A stretch of 46,427 bases of DNA from an uncultured bacterium (GTDB lineage: Bacteria; Gemmatimonadota; Gemmatimonadetes; Gemmatimonadales; Gemmatimonadaceae), in contig CAXBQP010000022.1 of NCBI GenBank assembly GCA_963978095.1, positions 1 through 46,427 of the forward strand, written 5' to 3'. The notes below the pieces were generated by a model. That model had not been told where the DNA came from. It saw only the letters and a program-made list of their open reading frames with translations, and searched no databases. The translations under genes were made by a program, and so were the position numbers. Of the stretch, positions 31,163 through 39,069 are shown piece after piece; position 1 is the first letter of the stretch; each line of letters begins with the position of its first letter.

Positions 31163-32970
31163 CGGTGAAACTTTCCGATTGGGTGTTCGCGTCGCTCAAG
31201 CGCGAAGGGGTGCGACAGGTCTTCGAGCTCACGGGTGGCGGCGCCATGCATCTCAACGATTCCCTCGGGGCGAGCGGGATCGAGTACATCTGCATGGTGC
31301 ATGAGCAAGGGGCAGCGATGGCCGCCGAGTCCTATGCGAAGTTCACTGGGGACATCGGGGTCTGCCTCGTCACGACGGGACCCGGCGGCACGAACGCGAT
31401 GACCGGCGTTGCCGCCGCATGGGCCGATTCGACGCCGATGCTTGTGCTCTCGGGGCAGGTGAAACGCGCCGACTTGGTCGGCACGACCGGCGTCCGTCAG
31501 ATGGGTGTGCAGGAGATCGATGTCGTGGCGATGGCGCGTCCCATCACCAAGCTCGCGCTCACGGTCCTCGAGCCGTCGCAGATTCGCTATCACCTCGAGC
31601 ACGCGCTCTGGCTCGCCCGCACGGGACGGCCTGGCCCGGTCTGGCTCGACATCCCGATCGACGTGCAAGGGGCGATGATCGACGAAACGTCACTCCCCGG
31701 ATTCAGCCCTCCCGAGACCCCGGTCGAAGGGCTCACGCCGTCAGCGGAGCTCGTCGCGAGCGTCACGCGTACGCTCGACGCCCTGACGCGGAGCGAACGA
31801 CCCGTGGTGTTGATCGGGAATGGCGTCCGCCTCGGCCACGCGCGCTCCGCCATGCGGACCCTGATCGCGCGACTCGGTGTCCCAGTGCTCACGACCTGGC
31901 TCGCCCACGATCTGGTCGCCGATGACCATCCGTTGATGATGGGACGCCCAGGGCCCGTCGCGCCTCGCGGTGCGAACTTCACGCTGCAGAACGCCGATTG
32001 GCTCCTGACGCTCGGCGTGCGCCTTGGGACCGTTGTCACCGGCTACGCACCGCACCACTACGCGCGTGCAGCCTTCAAGACCATGGTCGACATCGATGCC
32101 GCGGAAGTACGGAAGCTCGGCGCCACCATCCAGGAGCCCGTGTGCGCCGACGTCGCGCAGTACATCGCCGAGATGCACCGGCAGCTCGAGGCGCGCGCCG
32201 CGATCGCTCCGCCCACGGCATGGCACGACCGCTGCGTCCTGTGGAAGACCACGTACCCCGTGATCCAGCCGGAGTACCGGCATCGCTCAGACGGTGTCAG
32301 CACGTATGTGTTGGCCGAGGCGATCGCGGCGGCCTCCGGGCCAGAGCAACTATTCGTATCCGGAAGCTCGGGCGCCGGGATCGAGATCTTTTGTCTCGCC
32401 CTGACGCTCACGGACGGTCAGCGGCTCTATCTCTCTCCCGCACTCGGATCGATGGGGAACGCGATCCCCGCCGTGATCGGGGGATGCATCGCCAACGACC
32501 GACGGCCGACGATCACCGTCGACGGCGACGGCGGATTCCAGTTGAACGTGCAGGAACTCGAAGTCGCCCGCCGGTTGCAGCTGCCGGTGAAGCTCTTCGT
32601 TCTCAACAACGATGGATACGCCTCGATCCGGACCTCCCAGAGCCGCTATTTCGGCCGACTGGCCGGCGCTGATGCCACGAGCGGTGTTACGCAGCCGCCG
32701 CTCGAGGGGATCGCTCGCGCCTTCGGCGTCGAGTATGCCCGCATCGAGACCGATGCGGACCTCACGGCACAGGTGCGCGCCCTGATCGACGCGCCGGGGC
32801 CGTGCGTGATCGAAGTCATCACCCCGCGTGATGAACCCCGAGCGCCGAGCTTGTCGTCGGTGCGCCGGCCCGACGGCTCCATGGTATCGCGTCCGCTCGA
32901 GGACCTCTGGCCCTTCCTGCCGCGCGACGAATTCCTGGCGAACATGATCATCCCGGCGCTGCCGGACTGA
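31159..32970 (+). CDS. ThDP-dependent enzyme, YerE-like, copy 2
   Basis: GGGAMHLND, VHEQGA, TTGPGG, SGQVKR, GRPGPVW, GSMG, DGDGG..LNNDGY, PLEDL. GTG 31159 overlaps the upstream stop. Confidence 0.87.
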   Translation: MTVKLSDWVFASLKREGVRQVFELTGGGAMHLNDSLGASGIEYICMVHEQGAAMAAESYAKFTGDIGVCLVTTGPGGTNAMTGVAAAWADSTPMLVLSGQVKRADLVGTTGVRQMGVQEIDVVAMARPITKLALTVLEPSQIRYHLEHALWLARTGRPGPVWLDIPIDVQGAMIDETSLPGFSPPETPVEGLTPSAELVASVTRTLDALTRSERPVVLIGNGVRLGHARSAMRTLIARLGVPVLTTWLAHDLVADDHPLMMGRPGPVAPRGANFTLQNADWLLTLGVRLGTVVTGYAPHHYARAAFKTMVDIDAAEVRKLGATIQEPVCADVAQYIAEMHRQLEARAAIAPPTAWHDRCVLWKTTYPVIQPEYRHRSDGVSTYVLAEAIAAASGPEQLFVSGSSGAGIEIFCLALTLTDGQRLYLSPALGSMGNAIPAVIGGCIANDRRPTITVDGDGGFQLNVQELEVARRLQLPVKLFVLNNDGYASIRTSQSRYFGRLAGADATSGVTQPPLEGIARAFGVEYARIETDADLTAQVRALIDAPGPCVIEVITPRDEPRAPSLSSVRRPDGSMVSRPLEDLWPFLPRDEFLANMIIPALPD

Positions 32971-32997
32971 CCGGCCAGGGGAGGAGCTGCGGCCAAC

Positions 32998-34236
32998 TCA
33001 GCGCGGCGACGCGAACCGCTCCACCAACCGCTCCACTGGGACAGCGTAGCACACCAGTTCCCAGCAGTCCTCGGCGTACCGCCGCACGAAGAGCCGGTAA
33101 TCCGGTTGGATGCGGTGGATCAACCTCGGGATCTCCCACAGGTGCTCGGAGCGGTGGTAGACGCAGATCGCCAGTACCGGACGACGGGTCCGCAGAGTTC
33201 CCGCGCCCCCGGTGATCGCCATCGGTTCCGCTCCCTCGATGTCCATCTTGATGAAGGTCGGTGACTCCTGCGCGAAGAGCGTGTCGAGTCGTCGGCAATC
33301 GATTGAGACATCACCGTCGGTCGAGAGCAGGGTCGAGCCGGCGTTGTGCGTGGCCCGGAAAGAGAACGTCGCGTCCTGATCGCTGACGCCGTACGGCAGC
33401 GCCGTGATCCTCGCTGCGGCTTCGGTGGGGAGCGTGGCCATCCATCCGCGCAACGCGGCGCGATTGTCGGCGTCGGGCTCGAGCAGGAACATCCGTCCGA
33501 AAGCGCCGCCGCGCCGCGCGAGGAAGGCCCGCGCGCTGTCACCGTCGAACGCTCCGCAATCGACGAACACTTCCTCCGCGAGCGGTACGACCACGTCGTC
33601 CGGGAAGTACGTGTCGGCCCCCGGTTGATGCGCCGAGAGGATGCTGCCCGCAGGATGGAAGCGCCACAGGAGCTGCTCGCAGAACTCGCGGCGTGAGGCA
33701 TCGTCGGCGAGCACTGCGAATCCGGCACGGATGGCTCCCTCCTGCTCCACGAGCCGGTGGGGCAGGTCGGTACACGACGACGGGATGAACTGCGTCGCGT
33801 ACTTCCAGAACAGGTGGATCACCGGTGCGATCCGTGGGAATCCAGCCGACCGGAGCTGCGCCGTGACGGTCGAGCCGTGATAGACGGTCACCACCACGCA
33901 GGACGTGGCACCATGACGCGCGAGCGCATCAACCGGCGAGAGCACCGGGAGCCCTTCAACCGTCGTGCCCCAGATCTCGGGATTGTTGTCGATGAACGCG
34001 ATCGGTTCCACGCCAGCCTTCCGCAATCCGTTCAACACGAACCGACCGAGCCATCCGGCTCCGAACAGCAACAGCGCATCACTGAACGGCGCCGCGACGG
34101 CGTCGAAGCTGTGCGCCTCCCGTTCCCGAACCGCAGCCGGCGACTCGGCGTGGAGCCGCTCGAACACCAGGTCGATCCAGCGATCCGATGGAAGTTGCGA
34201 AAACAGCGTGCGGGGATCGGTATCGGAACGTGCCAT
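32998..34236 (-). CDS. FkbM family methyltransferase with N-terminal Rossmann-like domain
   Basis: N-terminal LLFGAGWLG..IAFIDNN, then FVDCGAFDGDS, LEPD..N, FIKMDIEGAE, LAICVYH. Confidence 0.87.
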   Translation of the reverse strand: MARSDTDPRTLFSQLPSDRWIDLVFERLHAESPAAVREREAHSFDAVAAPFSDALLLFGAGWLGRFVLNGLRKAGVEPIAFIDNNPEIWGTTVEGLPVLSPVDALARHGATSCVVVTVYHGSTVTAQLRSAGFPRIAPVIHLFWKYATQFIPSSCTDLPHRLVEQEGAIRAGFAVLADDASRREFCEQLLWRFHPAGSILSAHQPGADTYFPDDVVVPLAEEVFVDCGAFDGDSARAFLARRGGAFGRMFLLEPDADNRAALRGWMATLPTEAAARITALPYGVSDQDATFSFRATHNAGSTLLSTDGDVSIDCRRLDTLFAQESPTFIKMDIEGAEPMAITGGAGTLRTRRPVLAICVYHRSEHLWEIPRLIHRIQPDYRLFVRRYAEDCWELVCYAVPVERLVERFASPR

Positions 34237-34317
34237 CGTCAGAGCTTCAAAGGGTGAACGGGGTGGCCGCGCGTCCGCGCGCCGATGGGACGAGCCGAGC
34301 CGGACCGTGCGCCGACA

Positions 34318-35619
34318 TCAGGCCTGCAACCGGACGGCCCGATGTGCGCGAAACAGCAGGAAGACCGGCACCAGAGCGATCAGCCCACTCCCTCCGTAGC
34401 CGATGGCAGCACCCGTGGCGCCGCCGAGAATCCCACCACTGATCCCCCCGAGTGCCATCGCCGCGCACGCGGCGACCACCGGTGTCCGCATGGCCTCATC
34501 GCGGAACGAGCGGGCCCACGCGGACATCGATTGCAGGAGGAGCACCGCCAGTGCGCCCGAGAGCATCGCACCGGTTGCCGCGAATGGCAGCACGCGCACC
34601 CCCAGCACCGGCACCCAGCGCAAGAGCGCGACGGGGAGCAGCAACACCGCAACCGCCGCCGCCCCGAAGACGAGGAGGGTCTGGCCCAGTGCCTGCGCGG
34701 CGGCACGGTCGAACTCGCGGAGCCGTTGCGTTGCCACGAGTGTTCCGAACGTCGGCAACCGCGCATGCAGCCACGCACCCGCGAGCCACGCCGGCGCCAT
34801 CGTCAGTGCGAGCGTGAGTCCGAACCGACCGGCGTGATCGCCGCCGTGCGCCACCAGCAATACCGGAGCGATCGCCTGCGACGCGAACTGCAACGCGAGC
34901 CAGAGTTGCGCGCTGCGGCGTTGCTCGAGGTCCAATTTTCCTGCCAGCGTGGTATCCTGCGTCCCCGCAAGATTCGAGGGAAGTGTCGTGGGGGCGCGCA
35001 GCAAGCCGCGACGCGTGAGCACGAGCCAGCCGCCGGCGATCCCGATCTGCACGAACGCCGCCAGCCAGCAGGCGAGCAGCGCGTGATGTTGCAGGAGCCC
35101 TGACCACAGGGCGAGCAGGACTCCCCCCGCTTGTACCGCGCGCATGTGCTGCAGCGGCACTTGCGCGCCGGTCCCTTCGCAGATCGCGAGGAACGGTACG
35201 ATCACGATGTAGGCCGCCACCAGCACAATGGTCGACAACCACAGTACGAGGAATCCCAGCGACTCCTGACGCGGGGCGTACACGAAGGCACCGCCGACAC
35301 CGGCCACGGCCAGCACCAGCAGTGCGAGGCGCACGTGCCATCGGAGCGCCGTGTGCAGCAGCACGCTGATGGCGGTGCGCGCATGTACACCGCCCGTGAG
35401 TTGCCCGCCGGCGGACCACTGGAGCCGGCCCGCCTCGTGACTCGCGAATTGCACCAGGATCGTCGCGGGCCCCATTTCCATGAACGGCGCCAACGTCACC
35501 ACGCCCAGGAGCACGAAATACAGCCCCTGATCGGCGGTGTGCAGGCGTGCGGCCACCAACCACAAGGTGATCGGCGCCCCGCCAAGGCTGATGGCTCGAC
35601 TGAGCACGGCCCCACGCAC
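34318..35619 (-). CDS. Wzx-like polysaccharide/lipid-linked sugar flippase
   Basis: About 12 hydrophobic helices. DQGLYF...EMG...LVQFASHE resembles the N-terminus of an O-antigen flippase family. Start uncertain (GTG 35619, or near 35664). Confidence 0.65.
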   Translation of the reverse strand: MRGAVLSRAISLGGAPITLWLVAARLHTADQGLYFVLLGVVTLAPFMEMGPATILVQFASHEAGRLQWSAGGQLTGGVHARTAISVLLHTALRWHVRLALLVLAVAGVGGAFVYAPRQESLGFLVLWLSTIVLVAAYIVIVPFLAICEGTGAQVPLQHMRAVQAGGVLLALWSGLLQHHALLACWLAAFVQIGIAGGWLVLTRRGLLRAPTTLPSNLAGTQDTTLAGKLDLEQRRSAQLWLALQFASQAIAPVLLVAHGGDHAGRFGLTLALTMAPAWLAGAWLHARLPTFGTLVATQRLREFDRAAAQALGQTLLVFGAAAVAVLLLPVALLRWVPVLGVRVLPFAATGAMLSGALAVLLLQSMSAWARSFRDEAMRTPVVAACAAMALGGISGGILGGATGAAIGYGGSGLIALVPVFLLFRAHRAVRLQA

Positions 35620-35660
35620 CCGCGGGTCCCGCAGACTGTGGAACAGCGTGGCGACGGCGC

Positions 35661-36596
35661 TCAGAAGTTGATCCGCTCCTTTTCGATCGCGAAGGGATGG
35701 TGACGCACCTGCGTCCAGATCGATCCGATGTACTCCCCCACGATGCCGATGAAGACCAGTTGCACCGAGGACAGCAGGAAGAATCCGATCAACACCGGCG
35801 CGACGCCGAGCGAGAACGAGTCCCAGTACAGCAACTTGTAGATCAGGTAGCCGAGCGCGACGCACAGGCTCACGCAGGCAAGCAGGAACCCCAGGATCGT
35901 CGCGATCCGCAGCGGGATCTTGGAGTGGTTGACGATGCCGAGGAAGGCGTAGTCGTACAGCGTATACCAGTTCTGGGTCGAGATGCCGCGGCGTCGCCGC
36001 GGTTGCGTGAAGGGGACGCGCGCCGGCTCAAATCCGATGTCCGCGATCAGGCCACGAAAGTACGGATACGGATCATCGATCGCCCGGATCGCCTCCACGA
36101 CCACGCGGTCGTACAACCCGAACCCCGTCGCCTGGTTCACCAACGTCACGTCGGACATCCGCGCGAGCAGACGGTAGTACCGCTCCCGCACCTGGTACAG
36201 GAGCCACGATTCCTCACTCCTCTCCTTCACCGCCATGACCACCTTGTGCCCCGACTCCCAGGCATCGAGGAACCGCGGGATCATCTCCGGCGGATCCTGG
36301 AAGTCGCTCGCCATCAGGATCACCGCATCGCCCCGCGCTTCCATCAGCGCATGCATCGGCGAACGGATATGCCCGAAGTTGCGCGCGTTGAGGATCACCT
36401 TGACGCTGGGATCCTCTGCCGCGATTGCGCGCAGAATCTCTGGCGTGCCGTCCTGACTCGCGTTGTCGATGTAGAGGATCTCGAAACGATACTGCGGACG
36501 CGTCGCGAAAACGGCCTGCAGCGCCTCGTACAACGGGCGCACGTTCTCCACCTCGTTGTAGCAGCCGGTGACGATCGTGACGAGCGTCTGGGTCAC
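35661..36596 (-). CDS. GT2 polyprenol-phosphate glycosyltransferase (GtrB/ArnC/DPM1-like)
   Basis: GCYNE, IDNASQDGT, NARNFGH, ASDFQDPP, TGFGLYDR, PYFRG, two C-terminal TM helices, GIVGEYIG, EKERINF. GTG 36596 overlaps the YciI stop. Confidence 0.9.
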   Translation of the reverse strand: MTQTLVTIVTGCYNEVENVRPLYEALQAVFATRPQYRFEILYIDNASQDGTPEILRAIAAEDPSVKVILNARNFGHIRSPMHALMEARGDAVILMASDFQDPPEMIPRFLDAWESGHKVVMAVKERSEESWLLYQVRERYYRLLARMSDVTLVNQATGFGLYDRVVVEAIRAIDDPYPYFRGLIADIGFEPARVPFTQPRRRRGISTQNWYTLYDYAFLGIVNHSKIPLRIATILGFLLACVSLCVALGYLIYKLLYWDSFSLGVAPVLIGFFLLSSVQLVFIGIVGEYIGSIWTQVRHHPFAIEKERINF

Positions 36597-36913
36597 AGCC
36601 GTTCGAGCGCCTCGAGGCCGATCACCGGCTTCCATTGGACAAGTTCATACTGGGCGAGGCCGTGCACGGTGAACGGGTCACCATCGCGCACCCTGTTGAG
36701 CGCCGCCGCGGCATCCGTATCGCTCACGCGGAGGAGCAGCATCCCGCCCGAGCGCGGATCCATCGGCCCGGCGGCGAGCAAGGTGCCGGCCTCGTGCAGC
36801 GTCCGCAGATATGCGCGGTGCTCATCCTGGCCGGCGAGAATCTCTTCGAGGGGGCGACGATATCTGATGATGGCGATCGCGTACACGGCGGCGTTGGTTC
36901 GGGGATCTCCCAT
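36593..36913 (-). CDS. YciI family protein
   Basis: EHRAYLRTL...LLAAGP...GGMLL...GDPF. Start ATG 36913 or GTG near 36886. Confidence 0.8.
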   Translation of the reverse strand: MGDPRTNAAVYAIAIIRYRRPLEEILAGQDEHRAYLRTLHEAGTLLAAGPMDPRSGGMLLLRVSDTDAAAALNRVRDGDPFTVHGLAQYELVQWKPVIGLEALERL

Positions 36914-37016
36914 CCGGCGGGGATGGTCCCGCACTCGGGGCGTGCCCAAGAACATAACGCCCGGAGCGGGCGGTCGCCGTGTTGCCCCTGCGCGGGGCAG
37001 CTGATAACATCTCCCT

Positions 37017-39026
37017 ATGCGACTCTGCCTCCGCGTCATTCTTCCGCTTCTCGCCCTCGTCGGCCTCCCCGCCCTCGCTCCCGCACAGTCGGCGGACGAC
37101 GCCCGAACCGCCGACGCCCTTTCCCGCTGGATCGCGCTGCCGGCGGCGCCCGGCGCCGAGGACCTCGCCGCGCCAGCCCTCGGCAAGCTGCTCAGTGGCT
37201 GGACCCGTGATCAGTCCGGGAACTGGATCAAGCGGGTGGGGCAGGGAAGCCCCCGCCGCGTGGTCGCCTGCGGGTTGGACGTGACCGCCTATGTCGTGAG
37301 CGAAATCACCGAGCAGGGCTATCTCCGCCTGCACCGGTCGGGCACGACGCTCCAGCACCCGCTGGCCGACCAGTTCCTCGAGGCCACCAGGGTCCAGATC
37401 CACACGGCGGTACGGGCCGTGCCGGGGGTCGTCGCCATCGCCAACGGCCACTTCTCCCGCCAGCATCGAGCCGACACCACCGTCGTGGGGGTCGACCAAC
37501 TCTGGGTGGACGTCGGGGCCTCATCGCGTGCCGAGGTCGAGAAGCTCGGGATCGCCCTGCTCGACCCGGTGATACCCGATCGCGCCCCCTGGACGTGGGG
37601 ATCCTTCGCGTCCGGGCCGGGTGCGGCGACACGTGCCGGATGCGCCGCGGTGGCCACGGCCTCGCAGGGAACGGTGACCTCCGGCGAGACCATCTTCATC
37701 ATCTCCGCGCAGCACGTCTTCGGCTGGAACGGTCTCACCGGCGCCTTGCGCCGTATCGGCCCGGTCAACGAACTCGCGATCGTCGACGTCACCGCCCGCA
37801 CCACCGTGCCTCAGGCAAAAGTCATCGTGCCAAAGTCCCGCTACACCGGCTCCCTCGTCGAGTCGATGAGCGGCACGGATGCGCGGACGCTGCTGCAGAG
37901 CGTGGCCCAAGCCGCGGGCGTGACCCTCGCCGCCGACGCCTCATGGCTCGCACCGGCTCCCACTCCACCCGCAGTCCGCGTGCCCCGTTCCGATGCCTAC
38001 GAAGCGACCGAGAAGCTCGTCACCACGCTCCTCGATCTCCCGGGCGTCCCCGGCCACGAGTGGCGCGTCCGGAACGCCATCCGCGCCTCGCTCCCCAAAT
38101 GGGCGGCGGATCGCGCGGTGGTCGACTCGGCCGGCAACCTGATCGTGGCCGTCGGGCCGGACAAGGACTCGGTCGCCTTCGTGGCGCACACCGACGAGGT
38201 CTCGTTCGAAGTCGACAGCATCCTGCCCGACGGCCATGTGACGCTTACCCGGAAGGGCGGAGTCATCCCCTCGGCGTGGGAAGGACAGCCCGCCATGCTG
38301 GTCTTCGATCCTGACGCCAGCGGCAACACGAACGAAGCGCTGCGCGGCGTCTTCGTGCCGCGGGAGACCGCACGGAGCAAAGCACCCCCTCGACTTCTCG
38401 CGTGGTTCGGACTCGATGCCGCCGGGCTCACTGCCCGTGGCGTGAAGACCGGCGCGGCGGTGCTCGGCCTCAAGCGCGCCGCACGCCTTGCCGGCACACG
38501 CGTCACGGGACGCTCCTCCGATGACCGCACGGGCTCTACGGCACTGGTATTGGCTGCGCGGAAAATCGACCCCGCCACGCTCAACCACAAAGTGATCCTC
38601 GTCTGGACCACTGGCGAAGAAGGGGGATTGCTCGGCGCCCGTGCCTTCGCAGCGCGCAGTGGTGCCGGACTCCGCCGCGTGTATGCGATTGATACCTTCG
38701 TGTCGAGCGATACCCCGTTGGAGCAGCCCACCTTCGCGTACGCGCCGCTCGGCAAAGGCGCGGTGCTTCGCGGATTGGATGATGGCTCCATCGCGCCGCG
38801 CGCCGAACGCGATCGCGTCATGCGAATCGCCAAGGCCAACAACATCCCGTTGCAGGTCGGCACAACGCACGGCAGCACGGACGGCTCCGCGGTTGGCGCC
38901 TACGGAGCACCGAACCTGGGGATCAGCTGGCCCGGGCGCTATTCCCATACCCCAGGCGAAGTGCTGGACCTCCGCGACGTGGATGCCCTCACACGCCTCA
39001 TCGCCGCCCTCGCTATCGCGCCGTGA
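37017..39026 (+). CDS. Secreted M42-family metallopeptidase with tandem (degenerate plus intact) domains
   Basis: Signal peptide. C-terminal half has AHTDE, SDDR, GEEGG, AIDT, STDG, YSHT. N-terminal half aligns to it but lacks these ligands. Confidence 0.82.
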   Translation: MRLCLRVILPLLALVGLPALAPAQSADDARTADALSRWIALPAAPGAEDLAAPALGKLLSGWTRDQSGNWIKRVGQGSPRRVVACGLDVTAYVVSEITEQGYLRLHRSGTTLQHPLADQFLEATRVQIHTAVRAVPGVVAIANGHFSRQHRADTTVVGVDQLWVDVGASSRAEVEKLGIALLDPVIPDRAPWTWGSFASGPGAATRAGCAAVATASQGTVTSGETIFIISAQHVFGWNGLTGALRRIGPVNELAIVDVTARTTVPQAKVIVPKSRYTGSLVESMSGTDARTLLQSVAQAAGVTLAADASWLAPAPTPPAVRVPRSDAYEATEKLVTTLLDLPGVPGHEWRVRNAIRASLPKWAADRAVVDSAGNLIVAVGPDKDSVAFVAHTDEVSFEVDSILPDGHVTLTRKGGVIPSAWEGQPAMLVFDPDASGNTNEALRGVFVPRETARSKAPPRLLAWFGLDAAGLTARGVKTGAAVLGLKRAARLAGTRVTGRSSDDRTGSTALVLAARKIDPATLNHKVILVWTTGEEGGLLGARAFAARSGAGLRRVYAIDTFVSSDTPLEQPTFAYAPLGKGAVLRGLDDGSIAPRAERDRVMRIAKANNIPLQVGTTHGSTDGSAVGAYGAPNLGISWPGRYSHTPGEVLDLRDVDALTRLIAALAIAP

Positions 39027-39045
39027 TCACCCCGTGATCACGGCG
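39019..39045. terminator. Perfect 12-bp hairpin between convergent genes
   Basis: cgccgtgatcac-ccc-gtgatcacggcg. It overlaps the M42 stop codon and has no U tract. Confidence 0.5.
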
Positions 39046-39069
39046 AAGACGCCCTGAGCCGCGCTCTGC

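Noticed and set aside
25975..32970. Branched-chain amino acid acetolactate synthases (ilvB/ilvI)
   Set aside because: There is no regulatory subunit, ilvC or ilvD nearby, and the motifs and CDP-sugar context fit YerE-like enzymes.
36945..37025. Possible dif site (TTATGTT on the minus strand near 36951; GATAA..CTATG near 37003)
   Set aside because: Neither gives the ATAA-N6-TTATG arrangement with two plausible arms. Similar partial matches near 28903 and 41812 are within coding sequence and also fail.
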